From NCBI GenBank assembly GCA_965261285.1, contig OZ253457.1, positions 605,221 to 669,220 on the forward strand: 64,000 nucleotides of DNA, in the 5' to 3' direction. Source of the stretch: Vicinamibacterales bacterium (lineage in GTDB: Bacteria > Acidobacteriota > Vicinamibacteria > Vicinamibacterales > UBA8438). A program made the position numbers and the translations under genes. The notes below the pieces were generated by a model. It was not told where the DNA came from, searched no databases, and was given only the letters and a program-made list of their open reading frames with translations. How positions within the stretch are numbered: the first letter of the stretch is position 1; each line of letters begins with the position of its first letter. Positions 39,993 through 48,920 of this stretch are shown piece by piece.

Positions 39993-42053
39993 ATGCCCCG
40001 GCATCGTTCACTCGTCGTCACCGTCGCCTCGGCCATCGCGCTCGCCGTCCTCACGGCCGGCCTCGCCGCCCAGGCGCCCGAGCCGGGCCGCGGCTACCCG
40101 TCGACCGACTGGCCCTTCACCGGCGGCAACTGGTCCAGCTCGCGCTACACCACCCTCGACGCGGTCACGACCGACACCGTCGACCGCCTCGGCGGCGCGT
40201 GGGTGACGCCGCTCCCCGGCGGCGCCGCGTCGCGGGCCACGCCGGTGGTCGACGACGGCGTGATCTACCTGACCGGCGGCGCCAACGTCTTCGCGTTCGA
40301 CGCGCGGACCGGCGAGCCCGTCTGGCGCTGGGAGCCGGACCCCGAGGCGGGGCGCGTCCCCTCATGGCAGGGCGTGGGGCTGGACGACGACCGCGTCTTC
40401 TTCGGCACGCGCAGCGGCGAGGTCATCGCCGTCGGCCGCGACACCGGCGAGCTCGTCTGGGCGACCCGCGTCGGCAGCGAGGAGCGGACGCGGGGCGAGG
40501 TGGTGACCACCGCGCCGATGGTCGCGCGCGGCAGGGTGTTCGTGGGCCTCGCCAACGGCGACATCGGCGGGCAGGGCCGCGTGCTCGCCCTCGATGCCGC
40601 CACCGGCGAGGTGGCGTGGACGTTCTTCGTCGTCCCGCGCCCCGGCGAGTTCGGCCACGAGACCTGGCCGCAGGACAGCGACTCGTGGGAGTACGGCGGC
40701 GGTGGGGTGTGGCTCGTCGGCACCGTCGACCCGGACCTCGGCATGGTCTACTTCTCGACCGGCAACCCCGTGCCGATGTTCGGCGGCGAGCTGCGCGACG
40801 GCGACAACCTGTTCACCGCCTCGGTCCTTGCCCTCGACATGGAGACGGGCGAGCGCCGCTGGCACTACCAGGTCGTCCGCCACGACATCTGGGACGCCGA
40901 CATCGCCACGCCGCTCCTGCTCTACGACACGACCGTCGACGGCGAGCCGGTCAAGGCGGTGGCGGCGATGCGCGCCGACGGCTACCTGTTCCTGTTCAAC
41001 CGCGAGACGGGCGAGCCCCTCCTGCCTATCGAGGACCGCGAGGTGCCGCAGGACCCGCAACAGCTCACGGTGCCGACCCAGCCGTTCCCGACCCAGACCG
41101 AGACCATCCTCTTCGAGTGTTCGTACTGGCGCGACCGGGTGCCGCCGCCGTTCCAGCTCAACTGCAGCAGCTACACGCCGCCGTCGGTCGACGAGCAGAC
41201 GGTGGTGGCGCCGGGCGTGCCGATTCCGCTGGTGCGCGTCACGCCGCTGGCGTTCTCGCCCGACACCGGCTACATCTACGCGCAGGGTCGCGCCCACGTC
41301 GGCCGGGCGCGGCGCTTCGCCGACCCGTTCGTCTGGAACACCGCGCGGTTCCACCTCACGCTGCCCGACGCGGTCGGGGTGCTCGCCGCCGTCGACACCG
41401 CGACCGGCCGCGTGGCGTGGAAGAACGAGTTCCCCGCCGCGTTCCTCGGCACGAGCGGCCCCCTCGTCACCGCGGGCGGCCTGCTCCTCCGGGGCTCGCC
41501 GGGCGGGCAGGTCGAGGCCTACGACGTGCGCACCGGCGTTCGCCGCTGGGCGTTCCGGACGAGCGAGGAAGGCTCGCGGCTGCGCCCCGGTCCGGCCTCG
41601 GCCTACGAGCTCGACGGCACGCAGTACATCGTCATCCCGATGGGCCCCGCCCTCTGGGCGTTCACCCTCGACGGCGCGGTGCCGGCCCGCGGCGAGCCCT
41701 CGCCCGACCCGCCGGTCGACGACCGGCCGAGCGGCCCCGCCCCGCGCGAGACCGACGAGATCGAGACCGCGACCCTGCTCGAGAACCCCCGCGGCTCGGT
41801 CGGCGGCCGGCGCTACGCGTTCGACGAGTACAACTTCAACCCGGTCCGCGCGCGGGTCACCGCCGGCACGCGGGTCCGGTTCACCAACAACGGCGAGATC
41901 CCCCACACCCTGGCCGCGCGCGACGGAAGCTGGAGCCTCGGCACGCTGAACCCGGGCCTGTGGGACTTCGTCACGTTCGACGAGCCGGGGACCTTCCTCT
42001 ATCACTGCGAGGACCATCCCTGGATGGTGGGGGAGATCACGGTCGATCCCTGA
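39993..42053 (+). CDS. PQQ-dependent dehydrogenase-like protein with C-terminal cupredoxin domain
   Basis: GGAGG RBS. WHYQVVRHDIWDAD, GPLVTAGGL. C-terminal PHT...YHCEDHPWM type-1 copper site. Confidence 0.9.
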   Translation: MPRHRSLVVTVASAIALAVLTAGLAAQAPEPGRGYPSTDWPFTGGNWSSSRYTTLDAVTTDTVDRLGGAWVTPLPGGAASRATPVVDDGVIYLTGGANVFAFDARTGEPVWRWEPDPEAGRVPSWQGVGLDDDRVFFGTRSGEVIAVGRDTGELVWATRVGSEERTRGEVVTTAPMVARGRVFVGLANGDIGGQGRVLALDAATGEVAWTFFVVPRPGEFGHETWPQDSDSWEYGGGGVWLVGTVDPDLGMVYFSTGNPVPMFGGELRDGDNLFTASVLALDMETGERRWHYQVVRHDIWDADIATPLLLYDTTVDGEPVKAVAAMRADGYLFLFNRETGEPLLPIEDREVPQDPQQLTVPTQPFPTQTETILFECSYWRDRVPPPFQLNCSSYTPPSVDEQTVVAPGVPIPLVRVTPLAFSPDTGYIYAQGRAHVGRARRFADPFVWNTARFHLTLPDAVGVLAAVDTATGRVAWKNEFPAAFLGTSGPLVTAGGLLLRGSPGGQVEAYDVRTGVRRWAFRTSEEGSRLRPGPASAYELDGTQYIVIPMGPALWAFTLDGAVPARGEPSPDPPVDDRPSGPAPRETDEIETATLLENPRGSVGGRRYAFDEYNFNPVRARVTAGTRVRFTNNGEIPHTLAARDGSWSLGTLNPGLWDFVTFDEPGTFLYHCEDHPWMVGEITVDP

Positions 42054-42127
42054 CGCCGTATGCAGGTGCCCTCGCGGCAAGAAAGCGTTTCGTACGCGGA
42101 GATGACCGCGCGTGGAGGACGAAGAGC

Positions 42128-43564
42128 GTGCATGCGAGAAAACTGGCCGGATCGATGTTCTTGGCGACGTTGCTGGCCCTGGCCGGATCCGGCGCGGCCG
42201 CCCAGGACATGCGGTTGCTCGACGCGGCCCGGGCGGCCGACTCGGCGGGCGTCATCGCCCTGCTCGAGCAAGGCGTCTCGGCGAACATCCGCCAGGCCGA
42301 TGGCGCGACCGCCCTGCACTGGGCGGCCCACTGGGACGACGCGGCGATGGCGGACGCGCTGGTCCGGTCCGGCGCCGATGTCGACGCGACGAACGACTTC
42401 GGCGCGGCGCCGCTGTGGCTGGCCTGCCTCAACGGTAGCGAGGCGATGGTGGCGGCCCTGCTGGCGGCCGGTGCCGACGCCAACGCGGCGCTGCCCTCGG
42501 GCGAGACGGTGCTGATGACCGCGTCCCGCACCGGGTCGACCGAGGTGGTGCGCCTCCTCGCGGCCCACGGGGCCGACCTGAACGCCCGCGAGCACACGCG
42601 CGGGCAGACGGCCCTGATGTGGGCGGTGGCCCAGCGGCATCCCGAGGTCGTGGAGGCGCTCATTGCCCTCGGGGCCGATGTCCACGCCCGCTCCGCCCCG
42701 CAGCCGAGGCGCATTCACACGCGGACCGCCGGGTTCAACCCCAGCGGGGTCATCGACACCGTGCTGGGCAGCAACACGCCCCTCCTGTTCGCGGCCCGGC
42801 AGGGCGACCTCGCGGCCGCGAGACATCTCGTCGCCGCTGGCGCCGACGTGAACGACACGGCCGCGACGGGCACGAGCGCCCTGGTGGTGGCGGCGCACAG
42901 CGGCCACACCGCGCTCGCCCTGTTCCTGCTCGAGCAGGGCGCCGACCCGCTCGCGGCCGAGGCCGGCTACTCCGCCCTGCACGCCGCCGCCCTGCGCGGC
43001 GGCGAGACGCTGGCGGCGGCGCTGCTGGCGCGCGGCGCCGACCCGAACGCGCCGGTGGTCCGCGGCAGCCAGGGCCGGCGCAACAGCCCCGACTACGTGC
43101 TGCAGCACGACGTGGTCGGCGCCACCGCCTTCTGGCTGGCCGCGCACTTCGCCGAGCCCGGCGTCATGCGGGCTCTGGCCGACGGCGGCGCCGACTCGCG
43201 GTTCGTCATGGAAGACGGCACGACGCCGCTGATGGCGGCGGTGGCCGCCCGCCGCCGCCGGGAGCCGGGGCTGGCCCCGAACCCGGCCGAGGACGAGCGG
43301 CTCGTGCTGGAAGCCGCCAGGGTGGCGATTGACGCGGGGGTCGATGTCAATGCTGCGGGCGCCGGCGGAAACACGGCGCTGCACACGGCAGCCAGGAGAC
43401 GCCTCGACACCGTGGTCCAGCTTCTGGCCGACAGCGGCGCCGACCTCCATGCGCTGAACGGCAACGGCCAGACGCCCCAGGACGTGGCCGGCGGGCGCGG
43501 GGGCGACGGCAACAGCACTGTCGAGCTGTTGCGCCGCCTCGCCGCAGACGGTTCTGAGGGCTGA
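42128..43564 (+). CDS. Secreted ankyrin-repeat protein, paralog of 25519-27000
   Basis: GGAGGA RBS + GTG, signal peptide, DGATALHWAAH / GQTALMWA / TPLLFAARQG repeats. Confidence 0.92.
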   Translation: MHARKLAGSMFLATLLALAGSGAAAQDMRLLDAARAADSAGVIALLEQGVSANIRQADGATALHWAAHWDDAAMADALVRSGADVDATNDFGAAPLWLACLNGSEAMVAALLAAGADANAALPSGETVLMTASRTGSTEVVRLLAAHGADLNAREHTRGQTALMWAVAQRHPEVVEALIALGADVHARSAPQPRRIHTRTAGFNPSGVIDTVLGSNTPLLFAARQGDLAAARHLVAAGADVNDTAATGTSALVVAAHSGHTALALFLLEQGADPLAAEAGYSALHAAALRGGETLAAALLARGADPNAPVVRGSQGRRNSPDYVLQHDVVGATAFWLAAHFAEPGVMRALADGGADSRFVMEDGTTPLMAAVAARRRREPGLAPNPAEDERLVLEAARVAIDAGVDVNAAGAGGNTALHTAARRRLDTVVQLLADSGADLHALNGNGQTPQDVAGGRGGDGNSTVELLRRLAADGSEG

Positions 43565-43574
43565 TTTCGAACCA

Positions 43575-43700
43575 GGGTCTCGGGCGCGTGCCGGAGATCG
43601 ACGCGACGCCCGTTGGCGCCGTCGTCCGCACGGCGCTCGCCTGCGACGACGAGGCTGACTTCCTGGCGCGGCTCCGGCGTCGCCGCCGACAATCTGCGCC
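43575..43700 (+). pseudogene. Possible C-terminal remnant of a Uma2-like gene
   Basis: AVVRTALACDDEADFLARLRR resembles, from memory, C-termini of some Uma2-like proteins. No upstream body present. Confidence 0.3.
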
Positions 43701-43751
43701 GGAGACGACATCGTTCGCCAGTCCGCCGGCAACGGGGTCAGTCGGGAACAA

Positions 43752-44162
43752 TCAGGAGCGACGAGCCTGCCTGCGATACGCGGGCTCGATGCCGTCGAAC
43801 ATCGGGTAGTGCCTGACGTTGAGGGTCATCAACTCCGCGTCCTCCACGGCCGCGGTGGCCGCGATGATGCCGTCAGCCAGTCCGACGCCGTGCGACCCGC
43901 CGTAGTCGCGCTTGTAGAGCCCGCCGAGCCGGGCGATGTCGTCGCTGACGGGCACGACCCTGAACAGCGAAAGCAGGCTCTTGAGCGCAGCCTGCTCGGC
44001 GCCGTCCGCGCCGCCCCTGACGCCCGCGTACAGTTCAGCGACGCCGATGGATGACACCATCATCAGGCGTTCCGAGCCCGCGGCAACGAGGGACATCGCC
44101 TCTGCCTGCCCTCGCAGGAAATCGATCAGCACGTCGGTGTCGAGCAGGATTGGTTTGGGCAC
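43752..44162 (-). CDS. vapC: VapC PIN-domain toxin
   Basis: ILLDTDVLIDFLRG, AELYAG, LADGIIAATA, TLNVRHYP. Confidence 0.93.
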   Translation of the reverse strand: MPKPILLDTDVLIDFLRGQAEAMSLVAAGSERLMMVSSIGVAELYAGVRGGADGAEQAALKSLLSLFRVVPVSDDIARLGGLYKRDYGGSHGVGLADGIIAATAAVEDAELMTLNVRHYPMFDGIEPAYRRQARRS

Positions 44163-44165
44163 GGC

Positions 44166-44399
44166 TCAATCGCGGTCCCATCCGCGACGCAACGCGTCGA
44201 GGTCGGGGAGATCCGTTCGGTCACGCCAGAGGCCGGCCGCCTCCCGGAGTATCGCCTCGCGCCGGCCGCGGCTCTTCTGCTCGATGAAGCGGTCGACGGC
44301 CTCGCGAATGATCTCGCTCTGGCGCTTGCCGCTCCGGTCGGCGATCGCGGCGACCTCGGCGCGCTGGTCCTCGGTCAGGTAGATCTGCGTGCGAACCAT
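44166..44399 (-). CDS. CopG/RHH antitoxin (VapB-like)
   Basis: MVRTQIYLT...SEIIREAVD...AAGLWRDR...LRRGWD. Confidence 0.9.
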   Translation of the reverse strand: MVRTQIYLTEDQRAEVAAIADRSGKRQSEIIREAVDRFIEQKSRGRREAILREAAGLWRDRTDLPDLDALRRGWDRD

Positions 44400-44416
44400 G
44401 TCGGTTGTCCTCGATT

Positions 44417-44441
44417 GGTGTATACACCGGTACTATACACC
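44417..44441. promoter_or_regulatory. Palindromic operator / -10 of the vapBC operon
   Basis: Perfect palindrome GGTGTATACACC (44417-44428) plus half-site TATACACC. TATAGT on the minus strand. Confidence 0.65.
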
Positions 44442-44594
44442 GTAGCGTCCCGCCGTCGGAGGACCAGGGGCCCATCGGGTGGGACCGATCCCGCGGGCCT
44501 CTGCTTCGACGGTTCGGCGGTAGAATCCAGGTGTGGCTGATTCGAGGAGGCCGACCTCCTGGTGCGGCTCGGCAGCGCCGCTGACACATAGGCC

Positions 44595-47282
44595 ATGAAT
44601 CCTGTCTCTCGCCGGGCGTTCCTGAAGTCGAGCGCCGCCGTCACGGCGGCGACGACCCTCCCGTCCGCCCGGGCGCGGCCCGGCGCGCAGGGCCGCCAGG
44701 CCGGTTCGCCGCCGCGAACCGCCATCACGCTGACCGTCAACGGCGTATCGCGCACCATCGACGTCGAGGATCGGTGGACGCTGGCCGAGCTGCTCCGCGA
44801 CCACCTCGACCTGACGGGGACCAAGATCGGCTGCGACCGCGGCGAGTGCGGCGCGTGCACGGTGCACCTCGACGGCGTCCCCGTCTACTCGTGCAGTCAG
44901 CTCGCGGTGTGGGCCGACGGCCGGGCCGTCGAGACGGTCGAAGGGCTCGCCGACGACGGCCGGCTGGATCCGCTGCAGGCGGCGTTCGTCGCCGGCGACG
45001 GCCCGCAGTGCGGCTTCTGCACGTCGGGCCAGTTGATGGCGGCCAAGGCGGTGGTGTCGGCCACGCCGAACCCCACCGAGGACGAGGTCCGGCAGGGCAT
45101 GGCCGGCAACCTCTGCCGCTGCTCGAACTACAACCGCTACGTGGCCGCCGTCCTCGGCCGGCCGCCCGAGCCGGCGTCGGATCGGGACCCGATGAGCGTG
45201 GTCGGCCGGAGCCGCCCTCGCATCGACGCGGTCGAGCGGGTCACCGGCGCGGCGCGCTACACCGGCGACGTCAAGCTGCCGGGGATGGCTTACGCACGGG
45301 TGCTCCGCAGCCCTCACCCCCACGCCCGCATTCGGAGCATCGACACCCGGCGGGCCCGGGAGATGCCGGGCGTCCACGCGGTGCTGACCCGCGAGAACTG
45401 CGACACTGTCTGGGGGAGCGGCGACCAGCAGAACCCGCGTTACCTGTTCAACAATCCCGTCCGGTTCGTCGGCGACCCGGTGGCCGCGGTGGCCGCCGTC
45501 GACCGCCACGCGGCCGAGGCGGCGATCCAGGCCATCGAGGTCGACTACGAGCCGCTCGACTTCGTCCTCGATCCGGAAGAGGCCCTCCGGCCTGGGGCGG
45601 TCGAGATCCAGCCCGGGGGGAACCTCTCCCGCCGGCGCGACGGCGAGGCGCTGCCCGACGTCTACCAGCGCGGCGACCTGGCCGCCGGCTTCGCCGACGC
45701 CGCGGTGGTGGTCGAGGAGACCTACGTCTCCAAGCACCACAGCAACGCCCAGATGGAGCCCCGCGCCGCCGTGGCGCAGTGGGAGGGCGACGAGCTCACG
45801 CTGTGGACGCCGACCCAGGGCATCTCGAACTGCCGCGCGGACGTGGCGCGCGATCTCGACCTGCCGCCCGAGCAGGTCCGCGTCGTCTGCGAGTACATGG
45901 GCGGCGGGTTCGGCAACAAGAACCAGTGCCAGGACGCCGACCTCATCGCGGCCCTCCTCGCCCGCGAGGCGGGGCGCCCCGTCAAGCTGGAGCTGACGCG
46001 GAAGGACGACTTCCTCGGCGTCCACGGCCGTTGGCCGACGGTGCAGCACTACAAGGTGGGGGCGGGCCGCGACGGGACGCTGCAGGCCATCGAGCTCCGC
46101 GGCGTCAGCGGCATGGGGCCGCACCGCAAGAGCAGCGGCGGCATCGCCGGCATCGAGCTGTTCCGATGCCCCAACGTGCGCCGCGAGGTCTCGCCGGCCT
46201 ACACCAACATGACCGTCGCCGCGAACTTCCGGGGCCCCGCCTATCCCCAGGGGGTCTGGGGCATCGAGTCGGTCATGGACCAGTTGGCCCACGAGCTGTC
46301 CATCGACCCCGTCGACTTCCATCTCCGGAACCTGACGCGCGCCTACAACGACGAGACGCCCTACACGAGCTGGGCGCTTCGCGAATGCGTCACCGAGGGG
46401 GCCCGCCGGTTCGATTGGCCGGCGCGGTGGCGGCGGGCCGGGGCCGCGAGCGGTCCGCGCCGGCGGGGCGTGGGGATGGCGATCGGCATGTTCGCGGCCC
46501 GCCTCGGGCGCAGCAGCGCGGTGCTGCGGCTCGAGGGCGGCCGCCTGTTCCTCCACGTGGGGGTCACCGACATCGGCACCGCGGCCAAGACCGCCATGGC
46601 CCAGTTGGCGGCCGAGGCGATGGGGATGGACCTCGCCGACGTCACCGTGGTCTGGGGAGACACCGACCGCTGCCCGTTCTCGGTGGGCGAGTCGGGGAGC
46701 CGGACGACCACCCATACCGGGCAGGCGATCGTCGAGGCGGCGGAAGATCTCAAGCGGCAGATGGCGTCGGCCGGCGGCCCCCTCGAGAGCCGCACGCTGA
46801 TCGCGCAGGCGACGCCGCGGCCGGTCCTCGACGGGCTGGCGCGGTACGCCTCGGCCGCGCACTTCGTGGAGGTCGAGGTGGACACCGAGCTGGGCGGCAT
46901 CCGGGTGCTGCAGTACCTCGCCATGCACGAGAGCGGGCGCATCGTCAACCCGCTCACGGCCGAGAGCCAGGTGAAGGGCGGGGTCACGATGGGCATCGGC
47001 ATGGCGCTCCACGAGGAGCTCATCTACGACCGCGTCACCGGCGTTCCCGTCAACCCCGGGTACTACGGGGCCCGCGTCATGACCCACCTCGACGCCCCCG
47101 ACGTCGAGGTCCGGTTCATCGAGCCGGACGACGCGTACGGACCGTACGGGGCGAAGAACGTCGGCGAGCCGCCCATCATCCCGGTGGTGGCGGCCATCGG
47201 CAACGCCGTGTTCAACGCGACCGGCCGCCGGCTGCGGGAGCTGCCGATGACCCGGGACCGGGTGCTGGAGGCACTGGCGTGA
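44595..47282 (+). CDS. Xanthine dehydrogenase/aldehyde oxidoreductase family: Tat + 2x[2Fe-2S] + molybdopterin subunit fusion
   Basis: SRRAFLK. GCDRGECGACTV, QCGFC...NLCRC. GGGFGNK, FRGP, SQVKGG, GEPP. Confidence 0.92.
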   Translation: MNPVSRRAFLKSSAAVTAATTLPSARARPGAQGRQAGSPPRTAITLTVNGVSRTIDVEDRWTLAELLRDHLDLTGTKIGCDRGECGACTVHLDGVPVYSCSQLAVWADGRAVETVEGLADDGRLDPLQAAFVAGDGPQCGFCTSGQLMAAKAVVSATPNPTEDEVRQGMAGNLCRCSNYNRYVAAVLGRPPEPASDRDPMSVVGRSRPRIDAVERVTGAARYTGDVKLPGMAYARVLRSPHPHARIRSIDTRRAREMPGVHAVLTRENCDTVWGSGDQQNPRYLFNNPVRFVGDPVAAVAAVDRHAAEAAIQAIEVDYEPLDFVLDPEEALRPGAVEIQPGGNLSRRRDGEALPDVYQRGDLAAGFADAAVVVEETYVSKHHSNAQMEPRAAVAQWEGDELTLWTPTQGISNCRADVARDLDLPPEQVRVVCEYMGGGFGNKNQCQDADLIAALLAREAGRPVKLELTRKDDFLGVHGRWPTVQHYKVGAGRDGTLQAIELRGVSGMGPHRKSSGGIAGIELFRCPNVRREVSPAYTNMTVAANFRGPAYPQGVWGIESVMDQLAHELSIDPVDFHLRNLTRAYNDETPYTSWALRECVTEGARRFDWPARWRRAGAASGPRRRGVGMAIGMFAARLGRSSAVLRLEGGRLFLHVGVTDIGTAAKTAMAQLAAEAMGMDLADVTVVWGDTDRCPFSVGESGSRTTTHTGQAIVEAAEDLKRQMASAGGPLESRTLIAQATPRPVLDGLARYASAAHFVEVEVDTELGGIRVLQYLAMHESGRIVNPLTAESQVKGGVTMGIGMALHEELIYDRVTGVPVNPGYYGARVMTHLDAPDVEVRFIEPDDAYGPYGAKNVGEPPIIPVVAAIGNAVFNATGRRLRELPMTRDRVLEALA

Positions 47283-47437
47283 GACCCTTCGCGACCGGCC
47301 GCCGGCTCCGGGAGCTTCCGATGACGCGGGACCGGGTGCTGGAGGCCTTGGCGTGAGACCCCTCGCGACCGGCCGCCGGAGCCGGGAGCTGTCGCTGACC
47401 CGCGATCGGGTGCTGGAGGCACTGGCGTGAGACCTCT
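47216..47437 (+). repeat. Three tandem 74-bp copies of the Mo-subunit 3' end / FAD-subunit start, encoding two 25-aa mini-ORFs (47279-47356, 47353-47430)
   Basis: CGCGACCGGCCGCCGG...GTGCTGGAGGC...GGCGTGAGACC at 47216, 47290, 47364. Confidence 0.95.
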
Positions 47438-48413
47438 CGCCAACGTCCGTCCGGAGAACCTGGCCGACGCCGTCGAGCGCCTGGAGCGCGGCGGAACGCG
47501 GGCGGCCGCGGTCGGCGGCGGCAGCGACCTGCTCGCCATGATCAAGGACGACCTGGTCTCGCCCGACCTGCTGGTGAACCTCGGGACGATCGCCGCGCCG
47601 GACGACCTGACCGCCATCGCATCGGGGCCGGCCGGGCTGCTCGTCGGGGGGCTGGTGACGCTGACCCGGCTGAGCACCCATCCCGAGGTGGCCTCGCGCT
47701 ACCGGGTGCTCGCGGAGGCGGCGGGGTCGGTGGGGACGCCCCAGATTCGCAACGTCGGCACCCTCGCCGGGAACCTGTGCCAGCGGCCGTGGTGCTGGTA
47801 CTACCGCCAGAAGTTCCCCTGCCACAAGCACGGCGGCAACCGCTGCTTCTCCACCACCGGCGAGAACCAGTTCAACGCCATCTTTGGCGGCGGCCCGAGC
47901 TACATCGTCCATCCGTCCGACACCGCCCCCGCCCTCGTGGCCCTCGACGCCCGTTTCCGCCTCGTCGGCCCCGGCGGAGAGCGCGTCGTCCCGGCCGGCG
48001 AGTTCTTCACGCTGCCTCGGGTCGACGTGGCGCGCGAGAACGTGCTCGAGCCGAACGAGCTGCTGGCCGCCGTCACCGTGCCGGCCGCATCCGATCTGCG
48101 GAGCGTCTATGCCAAGGTCCTCGACCGGGAAGCGTGGACCCACGCCGTCATCAGCTTGGCCTTGGCGCTGCAGATGGACGGCGACCGCGTCCGCCGCGCC
48201 CGAGTCGTGCTGGGCGGCGTCGCCCCCATACCGTGGCGGGTCCAGGCGGTCGAGGACCTGCTGGCGGGGCAGCGGGTGACCGAGCCGCTCGCGGCCGAGG
48301 CGGGGCGGCTCGCCGTCGACGGCGCCCTGCCGATGTCCAAGAACCGCTACAAGGTCCCGATGGTCGAGAACCTGGTGCGCCGGACGCTCCTCTCGCTGGG
48401 GGGCAGCGGGTGA
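47427..48413 (+). CDS. FAD-binding subunit, PaoB/YagS-like, with [4Fe-4S] insertion
   Basis: GGGSDLL, QIRNVGTLAGNLCQRPWCWYYR, CHKHGGNRC, HPSD, LGGVAPIPW, NRYK. Confidence 0.92.
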   Translation: MRPLANVRPENLADAVERLERGGTRAAAVGGGSDLLAMIKDDLVSPDLLVNLGTIAAPDDLTAIASGPAGLLVGGLVTLTRLSTHPEVASRYRVLAEAAGSVGTPQIRNVGTLAGNLCQRPWCWYYRQKFPCHKHGGNRCFSTTGENQFNAIFGGGPSYIVHPSDTAPALVALDARFRLVGPGGERVVPAGEFFTLPRVDVARENVLEPNELLAAVTVPAASDLRSVYAKVLDREAWTHAVISLALALQMDGDRVRRARVVLGGVAPIPWRVQAVEDLLAGQRVTEPLAAEAGRLAVDGALPMSKNRYKVPMVENLVRRTLLSLGGSG

Positions 48414-48522
48414 TCGTGGTGAGCGGGCGGCGCGTGGTTGCGCTGGGGCAGCGGGTGACCGTGGCGAGCGGGCAGCGCGTGGTAGCGCCGGCCGGCAGCG
48501 CGTGAGCGGTGAACGCCGATGA
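48394..48522 (+). repeat. Degenerate ~45-bp duplication of the FAD-subunit 3' end, forming overlapping mini-ORFs
   Basis: GCTGGGG(G)CAGCGGGTGA.CGTGG.GAGCGGGC.GCGCGTGGT occurs twice plus a partial third copy. ORFs 48410-48505 and 48502-48522. Confidence 0.8.
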
Positions 48523-48788
48523 ATCGCCGCGACTTCATCCTGCTGGGCCGGGGCCGCACGCGGACCCTCGACGTCTCGTGCGAGCGGCTGTACATGACGT
48601 TCGTCGAGGCCCGCATGAGCGGCTCGACCGCCGCCCTCCTCGCCCGCCTCGCCGAGCAGTCGGCGCGGGCCCGCCGGGTGAGGCTGCGCGAGACGGTCTG
48701 GCTTGCGCGGGCCGACTTCCGCTCGGCCCTCCAGCCGGTGCTCGACGCGTTCGAGTCCCGTGGCGGGACCGTGGAGGTGGCGTCGTAA
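48519..48788 (+). CDS. Small hypothetical protein in the molybdoenzyme operon
   Basis: MNRRDFILL...SCERLYM, typical codon usage. Confidence 0.65.
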   Translation: MNRRDFILLGRGRTRTLDVSCERLYMTFVEARMSGSTAALLARLAEQSARARRVRLRETVWLARADFRSALQPVLDAFESRGGTVEVAS

Positions 48789-48920
48789 CTGCCGGAGAGC
48801 CGCCGCGGGGCGACCACGCATCTGGAGTTCGAACCGCCCGGACCGCCGGTGCGGCTGGCGGCGTCGATGCCGCGCCCGTGGAGCATCCGGTAACGAAACC
48901 GATTCGTCGAGGAGAGCAGT

